The notes below the pieces were generated by a model, which worked only from the letters and a program-made list of their open reading frames with translations, had not been told where the DNA came from and did no database searches. Positions 8,988-17,590 of a DNA stretch of 41,072 nucleotides are shown in pieces (the stretch's first letter is position 1; each line of letters begins with the position of its first letter). The position numbers and the translations under genes are program-made. Where the stretch lies: the sequence record OZ035752.1. The stretch is one strand, 5' to 3'. This stretch comes from Kagunavirus LF7074P1.

Positions 8988-9400
8988 TGGGCTACTTTGA
9001 GGACTTAACAAAAGCGTTCGATGTTCCGCTGGTAGCCTTCGGAACCGCCAACGGCATCAAGGTCGCGCTTGAAAACATCTACGCGCCGACGTCAACCGAT
9101 ACGCCATATCTGGCAAGTTACATGTTACTGGCGGATACCGAGCAAGCAGATTTGTTCTTCACGGAACAACGCGCGGGTGTTTATCAGGTCGACATTAACT
9201 ACGCATCGGTGAAAGGTAGCGCGCCAATCAATAAAATGGCAGACTTACTTAACACGGCATTCAAAGCAGGTAAGTCATTTTCTCGTAACGACATCTGCGC
9301 CGAGGTTCAATCGGTTAGCCTGGGGCCGCTGATTGTAGAAAACGGATGGGCCAAACGACCATTGTCAATTAACTTTATTGCATTCACCAAGAGGCTGTGA
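8984..9400 (+). CDS. hypothetical structural protein (tail terminator position)
   Basis: 138-aa ORF, ATGA overlap, immediately upstream of major tail gene. Confidence 0.45.
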   Translation: MMGYFEDLTKAFDVPLVAFGTANGIKVALENIYAPTSTDTPYLASYMLLADTEQADLFFTEQRAGVYQVDINYASVKGSAPINKMADLLNTAFKAGKSFSRNDICAEVQSVSLGPLIVENGWAKRPLSINFIAFTKRL

Positions 9401-10569
9401 ATATGGCTACAACTCCTTTTAAGGGCGCGAATACTGCGCAATTCTATGTGGCAGAAACTACCCCTGGCGTAACACCGACTAACCCGGTCTGGTCGCCATT
9501 GCGTAACACAGGTGGCGTTCCTGCCATTACCCGCGACACGCTGACCTCCAACGAACTGGACGGCAGCCGTGAAACTACGTCAATCCGCACCGGTAACAAG
9601 CAGGTTAGCGGAGAATACGCTATTGAGCTTAGCTCGAAAAGCCAGGACGACTGGCTGGCGGGTGCTTTAGGCTCTACATGGCAATCCGGTAGTTCTCTGA
9701 CCGGGCTATCAATTACCGTCGCGCCTGCAGGCAAGACCTTTACCCGTGCCGAAGGTAGCTTTATTTCTGACGGCGTTGAAGTGGGCGACCTGATTGCGTT
9801 TACCGACTTAACCGGTGACAACGCAAAACCGTTTATCGTAACTGCAGTAGAGGCGCTGGTAGTGACCGGGGCGGGTATCCAGCATACCCTGACCACAGAG
9901 ACAGTAACTACCGCCGCTAAGACAGGGGATAAACTGGAAACGGGAAGCCAGTGCAAGACGTTCTCTATTCTCACCTGGTACAAAGGCCAGTGCGGCGGGA
10001 CTGACGCGTACACACTAACCAAAGGCGTGGAAGTTTCTGGTTTTACCATCGAACAGGCTGTTAACGCTATGGTAACTGGCAGCTTCCCGTTCATCGGTCG
10101 CAGTCAGGAGATTCTCACCACGCAGCCGTCTGGTTCTGATTTCTCCTCTGTTACGTTTGGTGACGAGCCATTCTCCTCGGTCGATGTTTCTGTGTTCGAC
10201 GGTTCTACGCCGTTGCGTTGCGACAGCCTGACCATCACCAACGACAACAGCGCGTCCGCACAGTTCGAACTCGGCAACACTAACGTAGCGTTTGTGGAGC
10301 GTAGCCGAGCAGCTAACACCTTCTCCATCTCCGGTAAGCTGTACGACATGGCGATGATTCAGAAGTTTATCAACGAGCAGCAGGTGGAGATTAACTCTAT
10401 TCTGGCTGGGGTAAACGGGGCTATGTCTTTCAGTTTGAAACGTGCAGAACTTACGGCGGTTACACCTGAGATTGGAGGACCTGAGTCAATCACTCAGTCT
10501 ATTGAAGGCCAGGCTACTGGCAACCAGTACCAGTCGTCTATTGTTATTCAGCGTATCACATACGCATAA
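9397..10569 (+). CDS. major tail protein (putative)
   Basis: 390 aa; RBS AAGAGG; last plus-strand gene before chaperone/tape-measure block; followed by strong terminator. Confidence 0.5.
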   Translation: MNMATTPFKGANTAQFYVAETTPGVTPTNPVWSPLRNTGGVPAITRDTLTSNELDGSRETTSIRTGNKQVSGEYAIELSSKSQDDWLAGALGSTWQSGSSLTGLSITVAPAGKTFTRAEGSFISDGVEVGDLIAFTDLTGDNAKPFIVTAVEALVVTGAGIQHTLTTETVTTAAKTGDKLETGSQCKTFSILTWYKGQCGGTDAYTLTKGVEVSGFTIEQAVNAMVTGSFPFIGRSQEILTTQPSGSDFSSVTFGDEPFSSVDVSVFDGSTPLRCDSLTITNDNSASAQFELGNTNVAFVERSRAANTFSISGKLYDMAMIQKFINEQQVEINSILAGVNGAMSFSLKRAELTAVTPEIGGPESITQSIEGQATGNQYQSSIVIQRITYA

Positions 10570-10573
10570 AACT

Positions 10574-10600
10574 AAGGCCCCGTTTGGGGCCTTTTTTTTT
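10574..10600. terminator. bidirectional intrinsic terminator
   Basis: AAGGCCCC-GTTT-GGGGCCTT stem-loop followed by T9; between convergent genes; exact reverse-complement copy at 23108-23127. Confidence 0.8.
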
Positions 10601-11153
10601 ACAAACCTAATCTTAAAGCAATGCCTATAGCGTTCGATTTAACGTAACCCGGTATGATGTAGGTGTCATAATCTTTTACACCATCAATATCGTACAGGTA
10701 ACCGCGGCTGTCCCCTTCAAACGTATGGCCGTCTCTGTGCAAGCGGACGATTCTCACATCATGCCCCGCGGCAACGATAGGGGCTACTTCGCTGGCGAAC
10801 CCGCCATCAGACACCACAAAAACTTCGTCGCCGTCGGGCAAGTTTCCGGCAAGATACTTACCGAAATAATCATCACCGAATACCGGTTTAATGAATTGCT
10901 CGGAAATGGCAATCATGAACTGACGCCGAGACAACCCGTTAAGGAAACCCTCTGGCTTTTCTTTCCGAGCCCGGTCGTCGTAGCCGTCGAGAAACTCGCG
11001 GTAAGCATCCTGGCCTAACGCAGCCATAGCAATATTGAACATCGGATTCTTGAAACTGGCGACACCCTTCGCAAAGCCCATTTCTACCAGCGCCCTAGCA
11101 AGTGTGTCTTTCCCGCAGCCCGCAGGACCATTAAGAATAATTACCTTAGCCAT
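10599..11153 (-). CDS. P-loop kinase (dNMP kinase-like)
   Basis: 184 aa; Walker A GPAGCGKDT at residues 8-16, resembling T4 dNMP kinase GxxxSGKDT; start overlaps upstream stop (TAATG). Confidence 0.65.
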   Translation of the reverse strand: MAKVIILNGPAGCGKDTLARALVEMGFAKGVASFKNPMFNIAMAALGQDAYREFLDGYDDRARKEKPEGFLNGLSRRQFMIAISEQFIKPVFGDDYFGKYLAGNLPDGDEVFVVSDGGFASEVAPIVAAGHDVRIVRLHRDGHTFEGDSRGYLYDIDGVKDYDTYIIPGYVKSNAIGIALRLGL

Positions 11154-11638
11154 TATTTATCACTCCCATGTGGTTTTAAGTGTGTAGAGTTCCCGTTACA
11201 GTCGTATTCAGTAACTGCGTGAGTGGTTATGCCGAGTTCGCGGAAATGCTTTATTACCGCTGGAGAGTCGTCGAATGCACACAAGATTCTCTCCGGCCCA
11301 ATAGCACGCAACACCTCTTCTTTAATTACGATGTCTTTTCTGTTGTCGTGTTTGCTGCGCATGATTAACTGATAAAATTCGACGCGGTGGCGCTGCAACC
11401 ACATTCTGGTTTCTTTTTCCGCGTCATCACTACGGCCTGTTAAGATAATAACGGCATAGCGACGATTAAGGGCGTTACACAGTTCGATGTTATCTTTAAT
11501 GGGTGCATCGTCTTTGCACGCCATGTTAAATGGTTTCCACGCCCAGGTTTCGCCGTAGTTATCTTTCGGCAGCAGGTGTAAACGATGAGCACCATCTGCC
11601 AATGTCCCGTCTAAATCGAAAATCACAATATCTTTCAT
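11153..11638 (-). CDS. HAD-superfamily phosphatase
   Basis: 161 aa; N-terminal motif I FDLDGTLAD (DxDxT); ATGA overlap with upstream gene. Confidence 0.65.
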   Translation of the reverse strand: MKDIVIFDLDGTLADGAHRLHLLPKDNYGETWAWKPFNMACKDDAPIKDNIELCNALNRRYAVIILTGRSDDAEKETRMWLQRHRVEFYQLIMRSKHDNRKDIVIKEEVLRAIGPERILCAFDDSPAVIKHFRELGITTHAVTEYDCNGNSTHLKPHGSDK

Positions 11639-12771
11639 CCAAGCATCTCCGGTGAAATAGTTAAACGTGCGACCTCGCCATATTCGGCGCTATAAGTAAT
11701 TACGTTTGCACTGCGGCCCGACATCCACCCACCGCGGGAGGCATATGCATCTTTAGCCGCGAGAGTGCGGTGTTGCTCAACAATCATGTTACGGCTTTCT
11801 ACAATCTTTTGGTGGTGCAGGTGACCCACGTGGGCGTAGCTGTAAACACTCTCTCCGAACGCTTTGCGGAACTTGGCGATCATAACCGGTTCGATAGCGT
11901 CGAATCGTGCTTTATGCCCATGATGGAAGAACAGCGTCGTTTTGCCGTGTTGCACCATCTTGTAAACATCCGGCGACGTATCGACGAACACACGCGGCTC
12001 ATTGTCGTACAGCGTACTAAACATCTCAGCTAACCAAATCATTCCGCTTTCGTCGTGGTTACCTTGCACGATAAGCAAGCGAACATTTTTATGTTTAACG
12101 AGAGCCATATCAATGACACGGCGGACCATACGAATCATGTAGCGTACAAGTTTCTGATAGCGGGTGTCAGCGTCAAGAACATGGCCACTTGCGGGTGTAA
12201 CGGCATCCAGACTATCGAAGTGCGCGAAGTCACCTAGCAGGTTAATAACTCCTGTTCCCGCATCTGGCGCTTTCTGAAACGCTGCGTCGAACCATCGAGA
12301 GAACAGGTCTTCTGCGATTTTCATATCCCAGTCGTCGCCGCTCTCGTCGGCCCATGCCAGCATACCGAGATGAAAATCAGATACAGTGTAAAGATTGAGT
12401 AGCTTGTCGTCACGTTTGGTGCGCACGGCTTTAACCGGCGCAACGGGGGTAATCTCTGACTTCATGCCCTCAATTACGGCTTTCATAGCCTCTAACTGTT
12501 TCTCTTTATCCGGCTCGGAAATCACCCACGTCATCACCTCTTCGCCATTAGCCTTTACGCAAGCGGATATTCTTTTAGCAGAGAACCCTTCCGCTATGCG
12601 TTTGGATATTACTGGGTCGTTCCCGTGACCTATGCCCTTCTTGGCTAATCGTGCTTTACGGATACGAATTACGCGGTCTGAGATGCCGTATTTACGGGCG
12701 ATGTCTATATTCCTCATCCCGGCGCTCAATTCTTCCTGTAACTGTTCGTCGGTTATTTTCTTCTGGGCCAT
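11635..12771 (-). CDS. HTH-fused calcineurin-like metallophosphoesterase (SbcD/Mre11-like motifs)
   Basis: 378 aa from ATG 12771 (RBS GAGGAAG); N-terminal HTH (NIDIARKYGISDRVIRIRKARL); motifs SDFHLG, LLGDFAHFD, QGNHDE, HHGH, GHLHH; ORF-track start 12876 would overlap the imm-like gene. Confidence 0.65.
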   Translation of the reverse strand: MAQKKITDEQLQEELSAGMRNIDIARKYGISDRVIRIRKARLAKKGIGHGNDPVISKRIAEGFSAKRISACVKANGEEVMTWVISEPDKEKQLEAMKAVIEGMKSEITPVAPVKAVRTKRDDKLLNLYTVSDFHLGMLAWADESGDDWDMKIAEDLFSRWFDAAFQKAPDAGTGVINLLGDFAHFDSLDAVTPASGHVLDADTRYQKLVRYMIRMVRRVIDMALVKHKNVRLLIVQGNHDESGMIWLAEMFSTLYDNEPRVFVDTSPDVYKMVQHGKTTLFFHHGHKARFDAIEPVMIAKFRKAFGESVYSYAHVGHLHHQKIVESRNMIVEQHRTLAAKDAYASRGGWMSGRSANVITYSAEYGEVARLTISPEMLG

Positions 12772-12809
12772 GCTTACTTCCTCGTGTTTAGGATTTGTCC
12801 TATAGTAGC

Positions 12810-13016
12810 CTACTTCTCTTTCACGTTCGAGTTGCAAGCCCAGATTAAAATAAAGACCCACGGCAGCAGAACCCAACCAAGAAACAGATTAGCCATGAAT
12901 ATCGCTAACTTCGCTTTATGGTTACGGAAGTACGCAACCAGGAAAGGCGCGAAATAAGCGAGCAGTGCAAACAGAATTAAGGAAACTGGTAAACTGGACA
13001 TTTTAAACCCCTTCAT
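12810..13016 (-). CDS. superinfection-immunity-like small membrane protein
   Basis: 68 aa; two hydrophobic helices; YFAPFLVAYFRNHKAKLAIFMANLFLGWVLLPWVFILIWA resembles Imm_superinfect-type proteins (memory only); first gene after promoter. Confidence 0.55.
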   Translation of the reverse strand: MKGFKMSSLPVSLILFALLAYFAPFLVAYFRNHKAKLAIFMANLFLGWVLLPWVFILIWACNSNVKEK

Positions 13017-13031
13017 TGTTGGTGTAAGTGA

Positions 13032-13060
13032 ATAGTACCCTATTATATTGGGGTGTGCAA
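13032..13060 (-). promoter_or_regulatory. sigma70-like promoter with palindromic operator
   Basis: minus-strand TTGCAC-17 bp-TACTAT; operator AATAG-N4-CTATT at 13031-13044; near-identical to plus-strand promoter at 35040-35068. Confidence 0.55.
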
Positions 13061-13168
13061 GTAATGTGATAGAATAAGTTTGCGCCTAGTGTCGCACACG
13101 AAAAGCGGGTGGTTCCCGTCTGGCGCATTTATCGTTAACCTGTAACCTCTTAACCAAAGGATTAAAGA

Positions 13169-13585
13169 ATGAAACTTTCTGATTTTTATTTCGAAGAGAA
13201 AGCACTGGTAGGCAAGAAGATGCCCATTCTGCTGCCAAACGGCGAAGACTCCGGTGAATGGCTTAACGTTGTAAGTCCCGATGCGGATGTCGCCGTTAAA
13301 GCGGGGCGTGCTTTCATTATTGCGTACCGTCGCGGGTTGGCGCGTTTCGAAGAACTGGAAAAAGCCGCCAAAGAATCCGGCGACTATACTGAATATAACC
13401 TGGCTATTAACGAACTGGCGGAAGACCTCAACCGGCAACTCGCGGCAGAAGTCGTAAACGGCTGGAGCTTTGATGAGCCTTTCTCTAAAGAAGCATTTAA
13501 CAAATTGCTGGACCAGTTCAAGGCATTAGGCACACAGGTAGCAGCGTTCCATAACGCTGAGCGCAAAGCATTACAGGAAAAGTAG
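13169..13585 (+). CDS. tail assembly chaperone (G-like)
   Basis: 138-aa acidic protein upstream of tape measure; RBS AAGGA; slippery run near its 3' end. Confidence 0.6.
   Translation: MKLSDFYFEEKALVGKKMPILLPNGEDSGEWLNVVSPDADVAVKAGRAFIIAYRRGLARFEELEKAAKESGDYTEYNLAINELAEDLNRQLAAEVVNGWSFDEPFSKEAFNKLLDQFKALGTQVAAFHNAERKALQEK
13575..13582 (+). other. putative -1 programmed frameshift site
   Basis: AGGAAAAG run (zero-frame GAA AAG) one codon before the G-like stop. Confidence 0.4.
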
Positions 13586-13950
13586 ACGCGCTGTACAGGT
13601 TCGCCACCTATGAGTTTGTGGATAAGCATAAAATCAGAGAGTTTGATTCTATAGCCGACGGACACGAACAGGCGCTTATCGCGATGGGTGTAATCGATAA
13701 GAAAAAACGTGCAGCGCGACGGGGTGGGCCAGAATGCCCGCCCCTTTTTATATCCACCTTCGAGACGTACTGCGACATTAAGTTTACGCGACACGTGCGC
13801 GAGGACGCTGTAGTATTGTTCGCAAGAGAATCCGTTACGTGGCAAGACCTGAAAGCCTATCTCGATGTTACGCAAAAACAGCTTAGCCTGTTCGAGATAG
13901 ACATTATCATGGGCTTAGAAGCAATCTTTGAAGGTAGAAATCATGGCTGA
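13576..13950 (+). CDS. tail assembly chaperone GT extension (via -1 frameshift)
   Basis: -1 frame open from the end of the G-like gene to 13950, ending inside the tape-measure start; typical G/GT layout; ORF track lists this frame from GTG 13618. Confidence 0.45.
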   Translation, partial: GKVDALYRFATYEFVDKHKIREFDSIADGHEQALIAMGVIDKKKRAARRGGPECPPLFISTFETYCDIKFTRHVREDAVVLFARESVTWQDLKAYLDVTQKQLSLFEIDIIMGLEAIFEGRNHG

Positions 13951-16216
13951 TACCGCTAGCTTGATCGTACGAGTATCATCGACCGGCGTCGATAAAACCA
14001 CATCACAACTGAACGGGCTTACCAAAGCCGCGGGGGCCGCCGCCGCTGCCGTTGTCAGTCTGGAAACTGCCAAACAGGTGTTCAGTGCGCTGGTGGACTC
14101 CCAGCGCAACTTCGATAAGCTGAACTCCGGCCTCATCACAATGACCGGGAGCGCCGAGAACGCTGCTAAGGCATTCAGCGTCCTGCAACAGTTCGCAAAA
14201 GAAACTCCGTATGGCCTCAATCAGGCGGTAGAGGGGTTTACCAAGCTCGTGGCGCTAGGTCTTAACCCCAGCAAAGAGGCGTTAATATCCTACGGCAACA
14301 CCGCGGCGGCTATGGGTAAAGACCTTAATCAGATGATTGAGGCGGTTGCCGACGCCAGTACCTTTGAGTTTGAGCGACTGAAAGAGTTCGGTATCAAGTC
14401 TTCCCAACAGGCGGATACCGTTTCGTTCACGTTCCGCGGCGTCACCACCACGGTTAAAAAGAACTCCGAAGAGATTCAGAAATACCTGCTAAACATCGGC
14501 AACACCGATTTCGCCGGGGCGATGGAGACGCGCTCTAAGACGTTAGACGGTCAGTTGTCGAGCCTGGCGGACTCCTTTGATGGCCTTGTACTTGCGGTAG
14601 CGCAATCCGGTTTCGGCGACGCCGTAGGTGAGCAAGCCGCGAAGGCAGAAGACGCTATTTCGGCACTCACCGACGCCATTGCGTCTAATGAGATAGCCGC
14701 CACGCTCCAGGATTGGGTGACACTGTTCAATGAATCATTCAAGTTTATTTCTGATGCCTTAAACGACCTGGCATACGATACCGAGGACAAATCCGCGGAT
14801 ATGTCAGACTCGCTGGGTACTATACCGGATGCTATCCGTGAATGGTTGCCTGACATCCAGCAGACGTTTCACGAGGTTATTGCGTGGTTCCAGCGCATTG
14901 ACGATTACGCCGTAGCGTTAGGTCAGACCCTCGCAGACGTGTTTGATCCGAGCAAAACGGCAGCACTCACATTTAAAAACCTGACCGCAGAAGCTGACGC
15001 CGCATACGCCGCCAGCATAAAACGCGCCGAGGCCGAATCACAGGCCATCACCAACAGGTCTAAGCAGCGTAAGAAAGAAATTGAGGAACAGCGCAAGCAG
15101 TACAACGAGCGTAAGAAGCAAGAAATAGACTTAGCCAGCCTTGTTAATAAAAAGGGCGGAACTGGTGGGGCAGGAAATGCCAACGACAAAGACGCGAAAG
15201 CCGCCGCTAAGAAAGCGGAGCAATTGCGCAAACAAGCCCAGGATTACCTCGACACTTTGGCCCGTCAGAACAACGACGAGTTAAAGGCTATCGACGCGCA
15301 GGAACAGCAGAAACTGGCTAAGGCAAAAGAGTTCTACAGCCAGGGCGCGTTGTCCCTGAAAGAATATGAACAAGCTAAAACAGCTATCGTCCTCGAAGCC
15401 GGGCAAAAACGACAAGATGAACTGGATAAACGCCAGAAAGAAGCCCAGGAAAAGCAACAGAAAGGTGACGACTTCATGGCTCAGATTATGGGTCAGAACG
15501 CTACTGAGCTTGAGCTTCTCGACATCCAGGAACAGCAGAAACTGGCGGTAGCGGATAAGTACCGCGAGCAGGGTTTTATTAGCGAGAAGCAGTATCAGGC
15601 CGCTCTTAACGCCATCAACGAGCAATACGCAACCAAACGTGCCGATGCAACGGCAACGGCCTTTGGTAACATGGCCTCAAACATCGGGTCTGCGTTGGGT
15701 GAGGCTTCTGGCGCGTACAAGGCATTCGCTATCGTACAGGCAACTATCGCCACGTACACCGCAGCTATTGAGGCGTACAAGTCAACGGCAGCTATCCCTG
15801 TAGTTGGCCCGTTCCTGGCCCCTGTAGCCGCTGCCGCTGCCGTTGGTGCAGGTATGGCGCAGGTTTCCGCTATCCGGTCCGCGCGTGAACAGGGCGGACA
15901 GTTATCCGCAGGGCAGGCTTCCACCATCGCAGAACGCGGTAAACCAGAAGTTATTATGCCGGCTGGCGCATCTCGTGTTCGCACAGCACAGCAGATGAAA
16001 GAAATTATGGGGCAAAACGGGTCTTCTTCCGGCCCGTCTAATGTTACTATCGTAAACAACACGAGTTCTCAAATCGGCAACGTATCCACTGAGCAAGATG
16101 ACGAAGGCCGTTTGCGAATCATCATCGAGGAGCAGGTGGCTGCCTCTTTGCAGAATAGCAACAGCAAGATTAGCAAGGCCCGCAAAGCCACAAGAAATGC
16201 GCCGGGGTTTAAATAA
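13943..16216 (+). CDS. tail tape measure protein
   Basis: 757 aa from ATG 13943 (RBS AAGG; track start 13928 is TTG); Ala/Gln/Glu/Lys-rich repetitive sequence; follows chaperones. Confidence 0.8.
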   Translation: MADTASLIVRVSSTGVDKTTSQLNGLTKAAGAAAAAVVSLETAKQVFSALVDSQRNFDKLNSGLITMTGSAENAAKAFSVLQQFAKETPYGLNQAVEGFTKLVALGLNPSKEALISYGNTAAAMGKDLNQMIEAVADASTFEFERLKEFGIKSSQQADTVSFTFRGVTTTVKKNSEEIQKYLLNIGNTDFAGAMETRSKTLDGQLSSLADSFDGLVLAVAQSGFGDAVGEQAAKAEDAISALTDAIASNEIAATLQDWVTLFNESFKFISDALNDLAYDTEDKSADMSDSLGTIPDAIREWLPDIQQTFHEVIAWFQRIDDYAVALGQTLADVFDPSKTAALTFKNLTAEADAAYAASIKRAEAESQAITNRSKQRKKEIEEQRKQYNERKKQEIDLASLVNKKGGTGGAGNANDKDAKAAAKKAEQLRKQAQDYLDTLARQNNDELKAIDAQEQQKLAKAKEFYSQGALSLKEYEQAKTAIVLEAGQKRQDELDKRQKEAQEKQQKGDDFMAQIMGQNATELELLDIQEQQKLAVADKYREQGFISEKQYQAALNAINEQYATKRADATATAFGNMASNIGSALGEASGAYKAFAIVQATIATYTAAIEAYKSTAAIPVVGPFLAPVAAAAAVGAGMAQVSAIRSAREQGGQLSAGQASTIAERGKPEVIMPAGASRVRTAQQMKEIMGQNGSSSGPSNVTIVNNTSSQIGNVSTEQDDEGRLRIIIEEQVAASLQNSNSKISKARKATRNAPGFK

Positions 16217-16716
16217 TGAGCGACTTATATTTCCCACGTAGCCTTAAGCCAATTGTATCGAAAGGCTACTCAATGACCAGACGTAACAACGTCTGGAGTG
16301 TAGATTTAGCCGGTGGCGGGGTGCGTCAGGGCCGTGACACGTATTACGACGTGTTCCCTGTTAGCGTAACCCTGATTACATCCGCAATGGGGCGACAGGC
16401 GTTTCTGTCGTTCCTCGAAAAAGTAGACGGCGGTGCGTCAAGTTTCTGGATGGCGCACGACTTCGGCATGGGCATCGAAGATTATCAGGTAACCATTACG
16501 TCCACTATCGCCGAGTCCACCGAAGACGGGATTAACTGGACAATCACCTTCACGGCAACCGCCGAGAAATCGCCGTTCCAGGACCTTGAGAACCAGTGCC
16601 TGATTAACAATCTGCCGGATTTGTACGGTTGCTATGGTGACGGGCTGGGGTGTTTCCTTAAAGCCTACGGAACTGCACAATCAACGTTTCCACGAATTTG
16701 GGACCCGATGCAATGA
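16216..16716 (+). CDS. minor tail protein (M-like position)
   Basis: 166-aa ORF starting at tape-measure stop (TAATG); position. Confidence 0.5.
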   Translation: MSDLYFPRSLKPIVSKGYSMTRRNNVWSVDLAGGGVRQGRDTYYDVFPVSVTLITSAMGRQAFLSFLEKVDGGASSFWMAHDFGMGIEDYQVTITSTIAESTEDGINWTITFTATAEKSPFQDLENQCLINNLPDLYGCYGDGLGCFLKAYGTAQSTFPRIWDPMQ

Positions 16717-17228
16717 GCCAGGAATCAGTAGAAGCATCCTATCGCCGTAAGCTGGCGTCTAACCCGGACGGCGAGATGGACTACATCACGTTGCAAATCA
16801 GCCACCCGTTGCTATCAAAGACGTACTATCTTGTGCGCGGGCTACAGGAACTTACGGCAACACTGGAGACAGGCGAAACTATCACGTTTGAGCCAACCCC
16901 GATGGAGGCGTCGGGGGCCGCTAACAATAGTGATATGGACCAGACGACGACGTTTACTCTACCGGATATTCTCAATCAACTGGACGATGAGATGGATAAA
17001 ATCCCGATGAGCAATACTGAGTTGCCGAAGTTCGTATTCCGCCGTTACGTCAGCACCGACCTGTCTTACCCGGCTGACGGCCCCGTCGTGTACGAGTTAC
17101 AGGCCATCAACCAGGAGAAAGGCGAGTTTTCTGCGGATGTTGGTACGCCTATGCTGAACCAACGAAGCACTGGTATACTGATGACACCTAAAGAGATACC
17201 GTTATTACGCGGCCTGTTGACCACATGA
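16698..17228 (+). CDS. minor tail protein (L-like position)
   Basis: 176-aa ORF overlapping neighbours; position. Confidence 0.5.
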   Translation: MGPDAMSQESVEASYRRKLASNPDGEMDYITLQISHPLLSKTYYLVRGLQELTATLETGETITFEPTPMEASGAANNSDMDQTTTFTLPDILNQLDDEMDKIPMSNTELPKFVFRRYVSTDLSYPADGPVVYELQAINQEKGEFSADVGTPMLNQRSTGILMTPKEIPLLRGLLTT

Positions 17229-17590
17229 ATATTAACGACTACACGGGCATACCTTACGACTTTCGCAAGCGCAATTGCTGGCATCACGTGCGCATTGTCC
17301 GCGCGGATGCCGGGCTAGATACTCCGGCGTTCGACGTTACAAGCCCGACGGCAATTAACGAAGCGTTTGACGAAGGCCACCGCAACACAAAAGGGCTTAC
17401 GAAAATTGATAAGCCTGAAAACTTCTGTGCGGTGCTTATGGGGTATCGCCGTGGGGGTCGTATCGTGTGGCACGCAGGAGTTTACTTCGACGGGATGGTC
17501 AGCCATTGCGAGCTTGCCTCACGTCAGGTACGGCTTGACAGGCTGGCGGACCTCAGAGACACGTACACGGAGATTGAATTTTGGCGATAA
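17225..17590 (+). CDS. tail protein with NlpC/P60-like Cys-His motif (K-like)
   Basis: 121 aa; Cys in RNCWHH and His in WHAGVY; ATGA overlap. Confidence 0.5.
   Translation: MNINDYTGIPYDFRKRNCWHHVRIVRADAGLDTPAFDVTSPTAINEAFDEGHRNTKGLTKIDKPENFCAVLMGYRRGGRIVWHAGVYFDGMVSHCELASRQVRLDRLADLRDTYTEIEFWR

Noticed and set aside
9444-10094. 216-aa minus-strand ORF
   Set aside because: Antisense to the putative major tail gene in a uniformly plus-strand, tightly packed module.
12772-12876. N-terminal extension of the metallophosphoesterase ORF (track start 12876)
   Set aside because: Would overlap the imm-like gene by about 65 nt and lacks an RBS; internal ATG at 12771 has a strong RBS (GAGGAAG).
14923-16062. 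Several minus-strand ORFs (14923-15231, 15281-15625, 15595-16062)
   Set aside because: Antisense within the tape measure gene, whose repetitive GC-rich sequence generates open reverse frames.
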